Below, one piece after another: positions 17,789 through 26,363 of a stretch of DNA of 64,000 nucleotides. Each line of letters opens with the position of its first letter. The stretch's first letter is position 1. A model generated the notes under the pieces. It had not been told where the DNA came from, made no database searches, and saw only the letters and a list, made by a program, of their open reading frames with translations. The DNA is taken from the NCBI GenBank assembly GCA_028875125.1, contig JAPPGC010000094.1, forward strand, positions 15,761-79,760, read 5' to 3'. Position numbers and translations under genes: made by a program. The stretch comes from Bacteroidota bacterium. GTDB taxonomy: Bacteria > Bacteroidota > Rhodothermia > Rhodothermales > Bin80.

Positions 17789-20221
17789 TCAAAATGATGT
17801 TCGAAGTCGCAGATTGATCGTGCGAGGTGTCAGACGTGTAGGGATTCGCTGCCAGACTCCGGTTGCATCGGGTAGCCAAGAGTATGCAACTGTATTGATG
17901 ATGTCAAATATATTCAGCATTTCGGCAGTTACTTCCAATTGGAGAGCTCGTTCACGCTGACTCAGGGTAATGATTTTTGTGACCCCAAAATCAACCCGGC
18001 GGAACTCGGGGTAGCGTCTCGAGTGTCGTGCTCCCGGAATCTGTACGACAACGCTTCCCACGCGCTTGCCTGGCATCGGGGGCGTGTATGGGATCCCGCT
18101 TCCGAAAAGTGCACGCATATGCAGTTTCCATGTCGGATCCATTGGAATATAGTCCTGCACAAATAGGGCAACGGTGTGGCGCTGGTCGGTTGGTCTTGGT
18201 AGCAAGCCTGCGTTAAGATCGGTGATATATTGGGGCAGGAACCGTTCACGTGCGACCATGAAGCTGTAGTTGAGCCAACTTTCCATGCCGGGCACGAATT
18301 CACCTCTCGCCTGAAGGTCCAGTCCATAAATGTGTCCGGAGGCATCGTTCAGTCCGCTATAATTGATCCTCACATTTTCGAGTGAATAGCTAATTGCGTT
18401 TGTCAGGTGCTTATAGTACGCTTCTCCCCGCAGGTACAATCTTTTGCGTGGCACAAACAGTTCTACACCAGTGATAACCTGCGTTGAGCGCTGTGACCGA
18501 AGATTCTCATTCAGCGACGCACTAAGTGGTATTTCTGGACTAGGAGTTCCGCGCAGTTCACGGTATGTCGGCTGTTGATAGTACACACCCGCGGATGCAG
18601 TCAAGGTCAATTGGTCAGAAGCTTCATAGCGCAGACTGGCCCGGGGTGAAAAAGTCCATTCACTACTGAATTCGTACCAGTTTGCCCGCAGGCCGGCACT
18701 AAGCAGAAAATCAGGACTGACACTGTAGGAGTCTTCTGCATGGAAGCTCAGTTGAGATGTATTTAACTTTACCGCTCCCTCGAGGCTGTCTACAACCAAC
18801 CGGACCGATTCCTGATCAATCCCTCTGCCGGTAACAATAGATTCCTCTTTGAGGACATCCTCAAAATTCAAGCGTCTCAGGCTCCAGCCGGCTTCTCCCG
18901 CATGCAGTTCTCCGGTCCAGTTATACTGGCCGCGGCCAGTTAGTGTGGTGACCGAGATCTCATTATCTGCAAAATCTTCCTGGCGGGCCATACCCCTTGG
19001 GACTTCTACTCGATCAGCGTCGTCGTCGGTAATGATGTCGTACAGGATCGCATCACCTTTCAGAAAGAACGATTCGGTTTCCTGGGTAGCGTAGAGGCTT
19101 ACTTCGTGTTGGAGGGTCCATCGTATTCCAATGCGACTTCGGAGGCGCAGTCCGGCAAGGCCTGTTTGGTACCCATCCCGTTCGGTACTTTCGTTGGAGT
19201 AAGAAAGCCATACTGAACGAAGATCTGCGGGGCCATCGTCTGCGGAAACTGTTCCATAAAAGGTCCGTCGCCCACGTGGATCCAGACGGAACACGTGATC
19301 GGCATACAGTCCAATGAATTCAATCTCCTGCTGTGATGTCGGTGAGTAGGTCAGACGTACTTGAACATCCTCGTAATCGGGCTGATAGTTGCCTTTCAAT
19401 TCCTGTGTGGAAAAGAACCGTCGGGCACGGGCCTTGCGCAATCCGATCTGCCATGAGAATACATTAGTAGTGGACGAGGCTGTGGCCGAGCCATCCAGAA
19501 GGGATAGGGTTGCACTTGTGGTGAAGTCGTCCGTTGCTGCGTATTCGATGTCTAGTGCAGAAGAGATTTTTCCGCCATATCGAGCAGGAAATCCTCCGGT
19601 ATATAATGTGATTCGCCGCGACAATTCCGGGTTAAACAACCCAATGCCTTCCTGCTCTCCTTGCCTGGGGCGGAATGGCATATGGATTTCGAAGCCATTA
19701 AGAAAGATCAGGTTCTCATTAAATCCACCGCCGCGTACGGAATACTGGTTGGACAATTCGTTATTAGCGGATACACCAGGCAAGACCAGGAGTGCTTGGA
19801 AGCCCTTGAAGGGGGAAGGCATTTGGCGCACTTGTTCTGGCGTGATCTGTTGCACCCCGGCACCGAGTGACATGTCATCTTCAACGATGACCTCTCCTGC
19901 CTCGAGCACAGCAGGGGCGAGTGTGATATCCAAGGTTGTTTCGGTCCGTGCCGAGATGTTTACAGAGTCAATGCGAGTGACAAAACCTACATGTGAGAAT
20001 CGGATTGAGTACCGACCTTCCGGAAGCCGCAGGGTGTAGCTTCCAGATTCGTCCGAGGCAGTTCCAAAATTCGTTTCGTTAACAAGGATACTGACGCCCG
20101 GGAGTGGCAGACCCGTGTCGGCTTCCACGATGGTACCACGCACGTCACCCCAGGACTGTGCAGAGACCTGCACGGCAAACAGCAGGGGAATCAAGTAGGT
20201 GACTCGATACATACCACGCAC
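17789..20221 (-). CDS. TonB-dependent receptor with an N-terminal CarboxypepD_reg-like domain
   Basis: 810 aa. Signal peptide, then VRGTIVEADTGLPLPGVSILV...GSYTLRLPEGRYSIRFSHVGF, a plug region, a long beta-barrel and a C-terminal ...NLRLRTSF. Confidence 0.9.
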   Translation of the reverse strand: MRGMYRVTYLIPLLFAVQVSAQSWGDVRGTIVEADTGLPLPGVSILVNETNFGTASDESGSYTLRLPEGRYSIRFSHVGFVTRIDSVNISARTETTLDITLAPAVLEAGEVIVEDDMSLGAGVQQITPEQVRQMPSPFKGFQALLVLPGVSANNELSNQYSVRGGGFNENLIFLNGFEIHMPFRPRQGEQEGIGLFNPELSRRITLYTGGFPARYGGKISSALDIEYAATDDFTTSATLSLLDGSATASSTTNVFSWQIGLRKARARRFFSTQELKGNYQPDYEDVQVRLTYSPTSQQEIEFIGLYADHVFRLDPRGRRTFYGTVSADDGPADLRSVWLSYSNESTERDGYQTGLAGLRLRSRIGIRWTLQHEVSLYATQETESFFLKGDAILYDIITDDDADRVEVPRGMARQEDFADNEISVTTLTGRGQYNWTGELHAGEAGWSLRRLNFEDVLKEESIVTGRGIDQESVRLVVDSLEGAVKLNTSQLSFHAEDSYSVSPDFLLSAGLRANWYEFSSEWTFSPRASLRYEASDQLTLTASAGVYYQQPTYRELRGTPSPEIPLSASLNENLRSQRSTQVITGVELFVPRKRLYLRGEAYYKHLTNAISYSLENVRINYSGLNDASGHIYGLDLQARGEFVPGMESWLNYSFMVARERFLPQYITDLNAGLLPRPTDQRHTVALFVQDYIPMDPTWKLHMRALFGSGIPYTPPMPGKRVGSVVVQIPGARHSRRYPEFRRVDFGVTKIITLSQRERALQLEVTAEMLNIFDIINTVAYSWLPDATGVWQRIPTRLTPRTINLRLRTSF

Positions 20222-20298
20222 GGCATGACCGGTAATGACCAGTAGTTTAGCGAGGTAGCAACAGCGCAGATTGTAGTCTGTAAGGAGATCAGGATGGA

Positions 20299-21270
20299 TT
20301 ACTGGGACCAGGAAGTTGGTTCACGGACCCATCGGTGTGTATACAAAGCTTCGAGCAGTGATGATTCCAGGGGGCCTTTGTCACTGGCGGCAATATTAGC
20401 TTCCACATGGTGTAACTTGCGCATTCCCGGTATCGTTGTGCTAACGACAGGGTTGCTCGGGATAAAACGTATGGCCATTTCAGGCAAGGTGCTATCTGGG
20501 GGTACTATAGCCCGTAATGGTTCCACATGTGCTACGCTGCTGCGCAGATTCTCCTCAACAAAGTAAGTATTTCGCCAATCTCCACTGGGCCAGGTGGAGT
20601 TAATTGTGATATTGCCAGTCAGGGTGCCCTCGTCAAAGGGTACTCGGGCGGTCACGCCAACATTGTGTTCCTGGCAGGCAGGGAAAAGCTCGTCTACGGG
20701 GTTTTGGTCAAAAATATTGTAGATCACCTGTACACAGTCCACGAGCCCGGTGCGCACGGCCTGTATTCCGTTCCACGGCTCCCATCGGTTAAGACTGATA
20801 CCAATGGCGTTAATCTGCCCGTTATTCTTGGATCGCTCGAGTTCTTGTATCCAACGATCATCTTGTAGCCATGAGTCTTCCCATGTGTGGAGTTGCATTA
20901 CGTCCAGCCGCTCCAGGCCGGTTTTCTGGAGACTTCGCTCAATATATTCACGGACGTAGCTGGGGGGATAACAGTCTTCAAGTGTATGTTCACGCCGGCT
21001 GGGCCAAGCGCGATTTTTTGGGGGCACCTTTGAGGCTGTGTAGAGACGTTTATCAGGATTGGCCCGCACAATTTTACCCATTAGTCCTTCGCTGTGACCA
21101 TCACCATATGCCCAGGCTGTATCAAAAAAGGTACATCCAAGGTCAACTGCGCGCTGCAAGGATCGCATGGACTCTGGATCTTCTGAGCCTTTCCAATTCC
21201 CCATGCCCCACATTCCATAACCGATTTCACTTACAGGAAAGCCGGTTCGACCCAGTGTTCTATAATTCAT
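20299..21270 (-). CDS. aldo/keto reductase
   Basis: 323 aa. MNYRTLGRTGFPVSEIGYGMWGMG...FFDTAWAYGDGHSE is a classical AKR N-terminus. Confidence 0.9.
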   Translation of the reverse strand: MNYRTLGRTGFPVSEIGYGMWGMGNWKGSEDPESMRSLQRAVDLGCTFFDTAWAYGDGHSEGLMGKIVRANPDKRLYTASKVPPKNRAWPSRREHTLEDCYPPSYVREYIERSLQKTGLERLDVMQLHTWEDSWLQDDRWIQELERSKNNGQINAIGISLNRWEPWNGIQAVRTGLVDCVQVIYNIFDQNPVDELFPACQEHNVGVTARVPFDEGTLTGNITINSTWPSGDWRNTYFVEENLRSSVAHVEPLRAIVPPDSTLPEMAIRFIPSNPVVSTTIPGMRKLHHVEANIAASDKGPLESSLLEALYTHRWVREPTSWSQ

Positions 21271-21869
21271 TTGCCTGATTTATTGTATTGGAATGTCAAG
21301 TAACCGGAGGGAATTAAATACCTAGCCCCATGATAATTCGAACCGGCAGACAAGCAGATGCAGTGTGCAGGACCACATGTCCGCCCCAGTACTTACCGTG
21401 ACATCCTCCAAACTGATGTCCCGACGGGTTTACCAAACGTCGGTCCGATTGTTTATGAATGGTCGAGTTGCAAGATCACCTGCGGTTTTTTATTGAATTT
21501 CGCGCTTATGCTACCGAATGAAGCGATTGAGAAATTGAAGAAGTGATGCCTCGTTCTATATATCCTTTCTCGGTGGCCCACGATTAACAGAGTGTTCCAC
21601 ATTAAGTGCGTGGTTCAATCTCAGTGACACGCAAAATGGAGCTGAGAGCAGCCGCATAACATGCGTGCGGTGCGGGTGATTCCCTTGCAATAGTGAGTTT
21701 CCCATCTAATAAGTTTTATCTCACTTACAACAATGGTCCGATATTTGTGGTTACTATGTGCAGGACGTTTTGCTACCTTTCAGGTTTAAATTGCGTCTAA
21801 GTATCACAGAGGGACCAAACACTACAAAAGCGCGTTACTTTTGGCACCAGGTATAAACCCGATGATCCC

Positions 21870-23309
21870 ATGACAGAGTATTTGCACAAGTTCGAGAATG
21901 GTAAAGCTTTCTTACGGTTCAGCCCGGTTTTGGGTATCCTGTTATTGACTGCCGGGTGCTATACACAGTTGGGGGTCGGGTATTTTGAGAGGGAGCCTGA
22001 TTATCAGGAAATCACGGAATATGATACTCCGTATGGGGACAGTGTGGTGGTCGATAACTACTACTACGATGGCTACTACGACCACTATTATCCCCGCAAC
22101 TATCGTTATCGCAGGCATTTCTCGACATTTTATGGGCATCCGTACACAATTATAGATCCGTATTATGATCCCTTCTGGTACGATCCGTTCTACGATGATT
22201 TCTGGTACGGTCGGTCCAGTTTGTATCTGAGTTTTAGCTGGGGTAGATCGTATTATGGGTCGCCCTTCGGGTATGGTTGGCATAATCCCTATCGGTATAA
22301 TCCCTATTACTACGCTGGTGGATATTATGGTGGATGGTATCATGGTGGATGGTATGGAGGTGGATGGTACAATTCTCCTTGGGCCTACTGGAATGGCCCG
22401 GCAGTCAACTACGGGCCGCGAGGATCGCGTATCGGTCGCGGCGGTGTAGCGTCAAGGGGGCGTTATGGGACTGCCGAAGATGACTTACGTGTCGGCCGGC
22501 GTAACGCCCCAAGCAGTCAGGGCAAGAGCACGGGTGCACTGGCCAGGAGCCGAACCCGTAGTGGAGTAGTGGCAGGCGGCAACACTTTGCGTGGCGTGCA
22601 ACGCTCAGGTGTTGACACAGAAGAACCTTCGCGGACGCGTCGCGGGGTTGTACGTAGCACATCAGGTAGCAATACTACTCGCACAGTGCCAGTGACAAGG
22701 TCAACTCCGCGTACACGCGGCACCACACGCTCAACGCCTACGACACGTTCTACGCAGCGTACTCGTGGTACCACACGTACGATACCCACGCCTCGAACGC
22801 GTTCGACACCCACAACGCGCTCAACGCCGCGTACACGCAGTTCGGGTGGCAGCACGCGTTCGACACCTACAACGCGCTCAACGCCGCGTACACGCAGCTC
22901 GGGTAGCACGCGTTCGACTCCCACGACGCGCTCAACGCCGCGTACACGGAGCTCGGGCAGCAGCCGTTCAACACCTACGACGCGCTCAACGCCGCGCACC
23001 CGCAGTTCAGGCAGCAGTCGTTCAACACCTACGACGCGCTCAACGCCGCGCACACGCAGTTCGGGCAGCAGTCGTTCAACACCTACGACGCGCTCAACGC
23101 CGCGTACACGCAGTTCGGGCAGTAGTAGTCGTTCAACTCCTACGACGCGCTCAACGCCGCGTACACGGAGCTCGGGCAGCAGCCGTTCAACTCCTGCGAC
23201 GCGCTCAACACCGCGAAGCAGTAGTTCATCTAGGGCGCCCGCAAGAAGTTCGAGCAGTCGTTCTTCGTCCCGCCGAGGAGGAAACTGGGCTCTTTGCTTA
23301 GAGGAGTAG
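21870..23309 (+). CDS. low-complexity lipoprotein-like protein with a Tyr/Trp/Gly/Pro/Asp-rich domain followed by Arg/Ser/Thr/Pro tandem repeats
   Basis: 479 aa with a signal ending LLLTAGC. Residues ~60-170 are extremely aromatic (DNYYYDGYYDHYYPRNYRY...GGWYHGGWYGGGWY). Residues ~300-450 carry eight copies of RSTPTTRSTPRTRSSGSS. Differences between repeat units are mostly synonymous in this frame, which supports it as the coding frame. Confidence 0.7.
   Translation: MTEYLHKFENGKAFLRFSPVLGILLLTAGCYTQLGVGYFEREPDYQEITEYDTPYGDSVVVDNYYYDGYYDHYYPRNYRYRRHFSTFYGHPYTIIDPYYDPFWYDPFYDDFWYGRSSLYLSFSWGRSYYGSPFGYGWHNPYRYNPYYYAGGYYGGWYHGGWYGGGWYNSPWAYWNGPAVNYGPRGSRIGRGGVASRGRYGTAEDDLRVGRRNAPSSQGKSTGALARSRTRSGVVAGGNTLRGVQRSGVDTEEPSRTRRGVVRSTSGSNTTRTVPVTRSTPRTRGTTRSTPTTRSTQRTRGTTRTIPTPRTRSTPTTRSTPRTRSSGGSTRSTPTTRSTPRTRSSGSTRSTPTTRSTPRTRSSGSSRSTPTTRSTPRTRSSGSSRSTPTTRSTPRTRSSGSSRSTPTTRSTPRTRSSGSSSRSTPTTRSTPRTRSSGSSRSTPATRSTPRSSSSSRAPARSSSSRSSSRRGGNWALCLEE
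22800..23225 (+). repeat. 54/57-bp tandem coding repeat (7 full units and 1 degenerate unit)
   Basis: Units cgttc(g/a)aca(c/t)c(c/t)ac(a/g)acgcgctcaacgccgcg(t/c)acacgcagttcgggcagcag.. start at 22800, 22857, 22911, 22965, 23019, 23073, 23130 and 23184. Older degenerate copies extend upstream from about 22690. Confidence 0.9.
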
Positions 23310-23403
23310 GGACACCCTAGAAAACCACTTGCCAGAAACAGAACCCAGAGAGGGCTAGGGGACATATGTGCCATATACAATCACTAAGCGTACATTTCTT
23401 AAA

Positions 23404-25008
23404 ATGAAACAGCTGAGCAGTAACATCATCAGAATTTTCATGGGTGGCATTGTAGCTGTCATGACGGTTACAGTGTCTTCGGCCAAAGCACAAACTGCTG
23501 CTGACGCCTTGAGGTTCAGTCAGCGAGAAGTATCTGTCGGCGCCCGCATGACTGGATTGTCCACACGTGGCTTTGCAGGAGTCGGAGACTACAGTGCCCT
23601 GCACAGTAATCCGGCTGGGATTGGATACGTCGGCGACTCACAATTCAACATTTCCATAAGGGGAAGTGATATTGCCAACGACCTCTGGACCGAAGGGCTT
23701 AGACTCGACAACAATAGGTCAACGGTCGACCGGTCGGGGCTAGGGAGTATAGGTGTTCTGTATGATGTGCCCGTGACGCAAGGGTCACTTGTTGGCGGGC
23801 TTGGCGTTAGCCGGGTACGTGATTTCACGCGAGTATTGAATTTTTCAGGGGTGAATGCCAACAGTACGATCTCCACGTCTTTCCTGCCATTCGATAACGA
23901 ATACAGCATAGACGAAGAGGGTAACCTTCTAGAACTCAATGATCTTCCATTCGCGGCCTTCAACGCCGGCGTGTTTGAGTACTACCAAGACCTCTATTTA
24001 CAGGGTGAGTATCCGTTCTATGAAGCCGTAGTACCTGGCAGCGCAATTGAGCAGTTGGGGGATGTGACCGAGGGAGGTAGCTTATATGAAGCTACCGCGG
24101 CAGTAGCTTGGCAGGCGACCAAGGATATGATGGTTGGTGTTTCGGCGAATTTGATTCTTGGTCATTACAGCTTCGATTACAGGTTCACGGAGAGGGACAT
24201 TTTTAACGAGAATACTGGAGAGCATTATGATGTGCTTCTTGACGACGGCGGCCTATTGCAGGGCTTTGACGAGCTCATCTATGAGCAGCGATTACGGAGC
24301 GACATGGCAGGATTTAATTCTCGGGCCGGTATCAGCACAAAACTGGGCAGCGCATTCCGACTTGGAGCTACATTTGAATCTCCGACCTGGAGCTATATAG
24401 AAGAGAGCTATGGAGAGCAGTTTGCTACACGATTTGATGTCGGAGGTGAACTTAGCTACGGAGAACGCAGTGATGATGTTGGCAATGGTTACTTTGAGTA
24501 CTCACTACGTTCACCATGGCGTTTAGGTGCTGGACTACAATTTCACAGCGGGTCGTTTAAGCTCACTGCGGAAGGGGAGTTAGTTGACTGGGGGAAGCTT
24601 AAGCTGAGTTCAGATGAAGGAGAAGATATTTTCCGCGAAGCAAATCGTGAGATTGCGAACACATACGAAATGGCGATCAATGTTGCTTTGGGCGCTGAGT
24701 GGGAATTTGGCAGGTTTAATATTCGTGGAGGCGTTGCCGCTCGACCTGCTCCATACGAGTCCAATGTACTGGAAAGCGCAGTCTCTGATACTCCAGAACC
24801 AGGAGCACTTACTGCTGCGTCATTCGGGTTTGGATTCCGATTCACAGACAGAGTTCGTATGGATCTCGGTATACAGAGGGTAGTCACCGAAGACTACTGG
24901 CATGCCTACCCTTCTGATGCCGGAGGGCCAAGGCAGGATGCACAGGTTCAGATAGATGAATCGCTGACAAAAGATATAGCTGTACTTGAACTTACCTGGA
25001 AATTCTAG
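23404..25008 (+). CDS. outer-membrane beta-barrel protein (FadL/PorV-superfamily-like)
   Basis: I chose the start MKQLSSNIIRIF (23404). Signal ...SSAKAQ. The N-terminal motif ALRFSQREVSVGARMTGL...ALHSNPAGIG is shared with the barrels at 31449 and 32463. The C-terminus ends ...LELTWKF. Confidence 0.7.
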   Translation: MKQLSSNIIRIFMGGIVAVMTVTVSSAKAQTAADALRFSQREVSVGARMTGLSTRGFAGVGDYSALHSNPAGIGYVGDSQFNISIRGSDIANDLWTEGLRLDNNRSTVDRSGLGSIGVLYDVPVTQGSLVGGLGVSRVRDFTRVLNFSGVNANSTISTSFLPFDNEYSIDEEGNLLELNDLPFAAFNAGVFEYYQDLYLQGEYPFYEAVVPGSAIEQLGDVTEGGSLYEATAAVAWQATKDMMVGVSANLILGHYSFDYRFTERDIFNENTGEHYDVLLDDGGLLQGFDELIYEQRLRSDMAGFNSRAGISTKLGSAFRLGATFESPTWSYIEESYGEQFATRFDVGGELSYGERSDDVGNGYFEYSLRSPWRLGAGLQFHSGSFKLTAEGELVDWGKLKLSSDEGEDIFREANREIANTYEMAINVALGAEWEFGRFNIRGGVAARPAPYESNVLESAVSDTPEPGALTAASFGFGFRFTDRVRMDLGIQRVVTEDYWHAYPSDAGGPRQDAQVQIDESLTKDIAVLELTWKF

Positions 25009-25320
25009 TGCATCCACTTCTATCCAATGCCGGATGCCATTCAATCCAAAAGTATGAGTCAGGGAATAATATCAAACAGAAAACACGAAACCAAAAAGAT
25101 CGTTGATGTCTGTCAGATTCTGAGGCAGGCAGGTTCCAAGAATCATAGAGGCTCCAACTTATTCAGATCGTGAACAACAGGTAACTCCAAAAAGAATGGG
25201 ATCCGTCTTACATGGGCTGCAAGGAGTCCAATAATGAATTCCAAGGAACAAGTCAGTATATGCTTAATAAAACATCGGCCATTCAGTTTTCGCATTCACA
25301 TTTAATCAAAGGTTAGTCAG

Positions 25321-25527
25321 TTGGCATTTCATATTGGCATCGGCGTTAAGGTCAAGGACAAGGAGAATATTGACCGGGCTCTTCGGCGCTTTAAGCGCAC
25401 CGTCAACCGCAGTCGGGTATTGCGGCTGCATCGACAGAACATGGCTTTCACCAAGCCTTCTGAGGAGCGGCGGATCGCTGAGGAAAAAGCGGCCCGTAAC
25501 GCAAGGATGCACAATCGCCGCTATTAG
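25321..25527 (+). CDS. rpsU: 30S ribosomal protein S21 (start codon uncertain, non-ATG)
   Basis: ..GVKVKDKENIDRALRRFKRTVNRSRVLRLHRQNMAFTKPSEERR matches the S21 family pattern. Possible starts are TTG at 25321 or ATT/ATC at 25333/25339. Confidence 0.9.
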   Translation: MAFHIGIGVKVKDKENIDRALRRFKRTVNRSRVLRLHRQNMAFTKPSEERRIAEEKAARNARMHNRRY

Positions 25528-26363
25528 TTTGGCGGGCCTCGTCGGAAGCATCTTCCGTTCGAGCAGTTGGTCCAGTCCCCCGTTTTCTATTGGTATGTGT
25601 ACGCAGCTTCTAATTGAAGGCTGCACGGTTTCGTTGTGTTTTGCTTCCACCATAAGCCTGCCCACCGCGATTATGCACCATTGGAAAGTTGGGGCAATTC
25701 TTTAATTGAGCACACTAGACGCAATTTCCTGAAGGCTAATCCAGATCCATTTTCCGTTAAGGAGGAACATGGAGGGATCGAGCCGGATTATTCCTGATTC
25801 GGCACTCACCACTGCATTACCGGGTGTGATGCATGTCGTCTCGGAGTTTACGACTCTGACCGTCTTTGCTTTGGCAAGTACAGGAAGCACTCAAGTCGGA
25901 CCCACACATTGGCTCATCATGCTTACACAGCATGACGAGCCTGCAGGCACGAGAGAGCGCTTCCCCACGTGCGCCTCATTAATGGTCCGGGATCAGTGCA
26001 CAGGCAGAGATGGATCCCACTAGATGCTTTGACTTCCTTCGTTCAGAAGCGCCCTCAACTGCCAATCTGAGCCTACCTGCTACCTTAGGTTGAGGTGGCA
26101 GGCATTGCCCGTTGAACTCTCAGGATCGTTCCCTCAGAGCATTCTAGTTGCTAGCAAGAACTGCACTGGGCAACTACTCCTGATCTTTTGGGTTTGGCCT
26201 ACCTAATTTGTCGGAGATAACGAATCAGGCATCAAATGCTGAATTATGAATTCCCTTTGCTGTGGTTGAACCAAAACTTATGACGGAATCAGTTGCATAT
26301 TTGATCAGAATTGGTTAAAATGTGTATGACATCCTACATATATCAATTAGCGGGCGATCTGTT

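Noticed and set aside
19389-20039. A 216-aa plus ORF, with similar cases at 27675..28247 (-) and 50868..51479 (+)
   Set aside because: All are antisense to well-supported long genes (two TBDRs and the PL17-like lyase).
22517-23380. A 287-aa minus ORF and a 178-aa alternative plus-frame ORF across the 54-bp repeats. The periodic repeats could also be mistaken for a CRISPR array.
   Set aside because: The repeats are contiguous with no unique spacers, so this is not a CRISPR array. Differences between units are synonymous only in the 21870 frame, which also carries the signal peptide.
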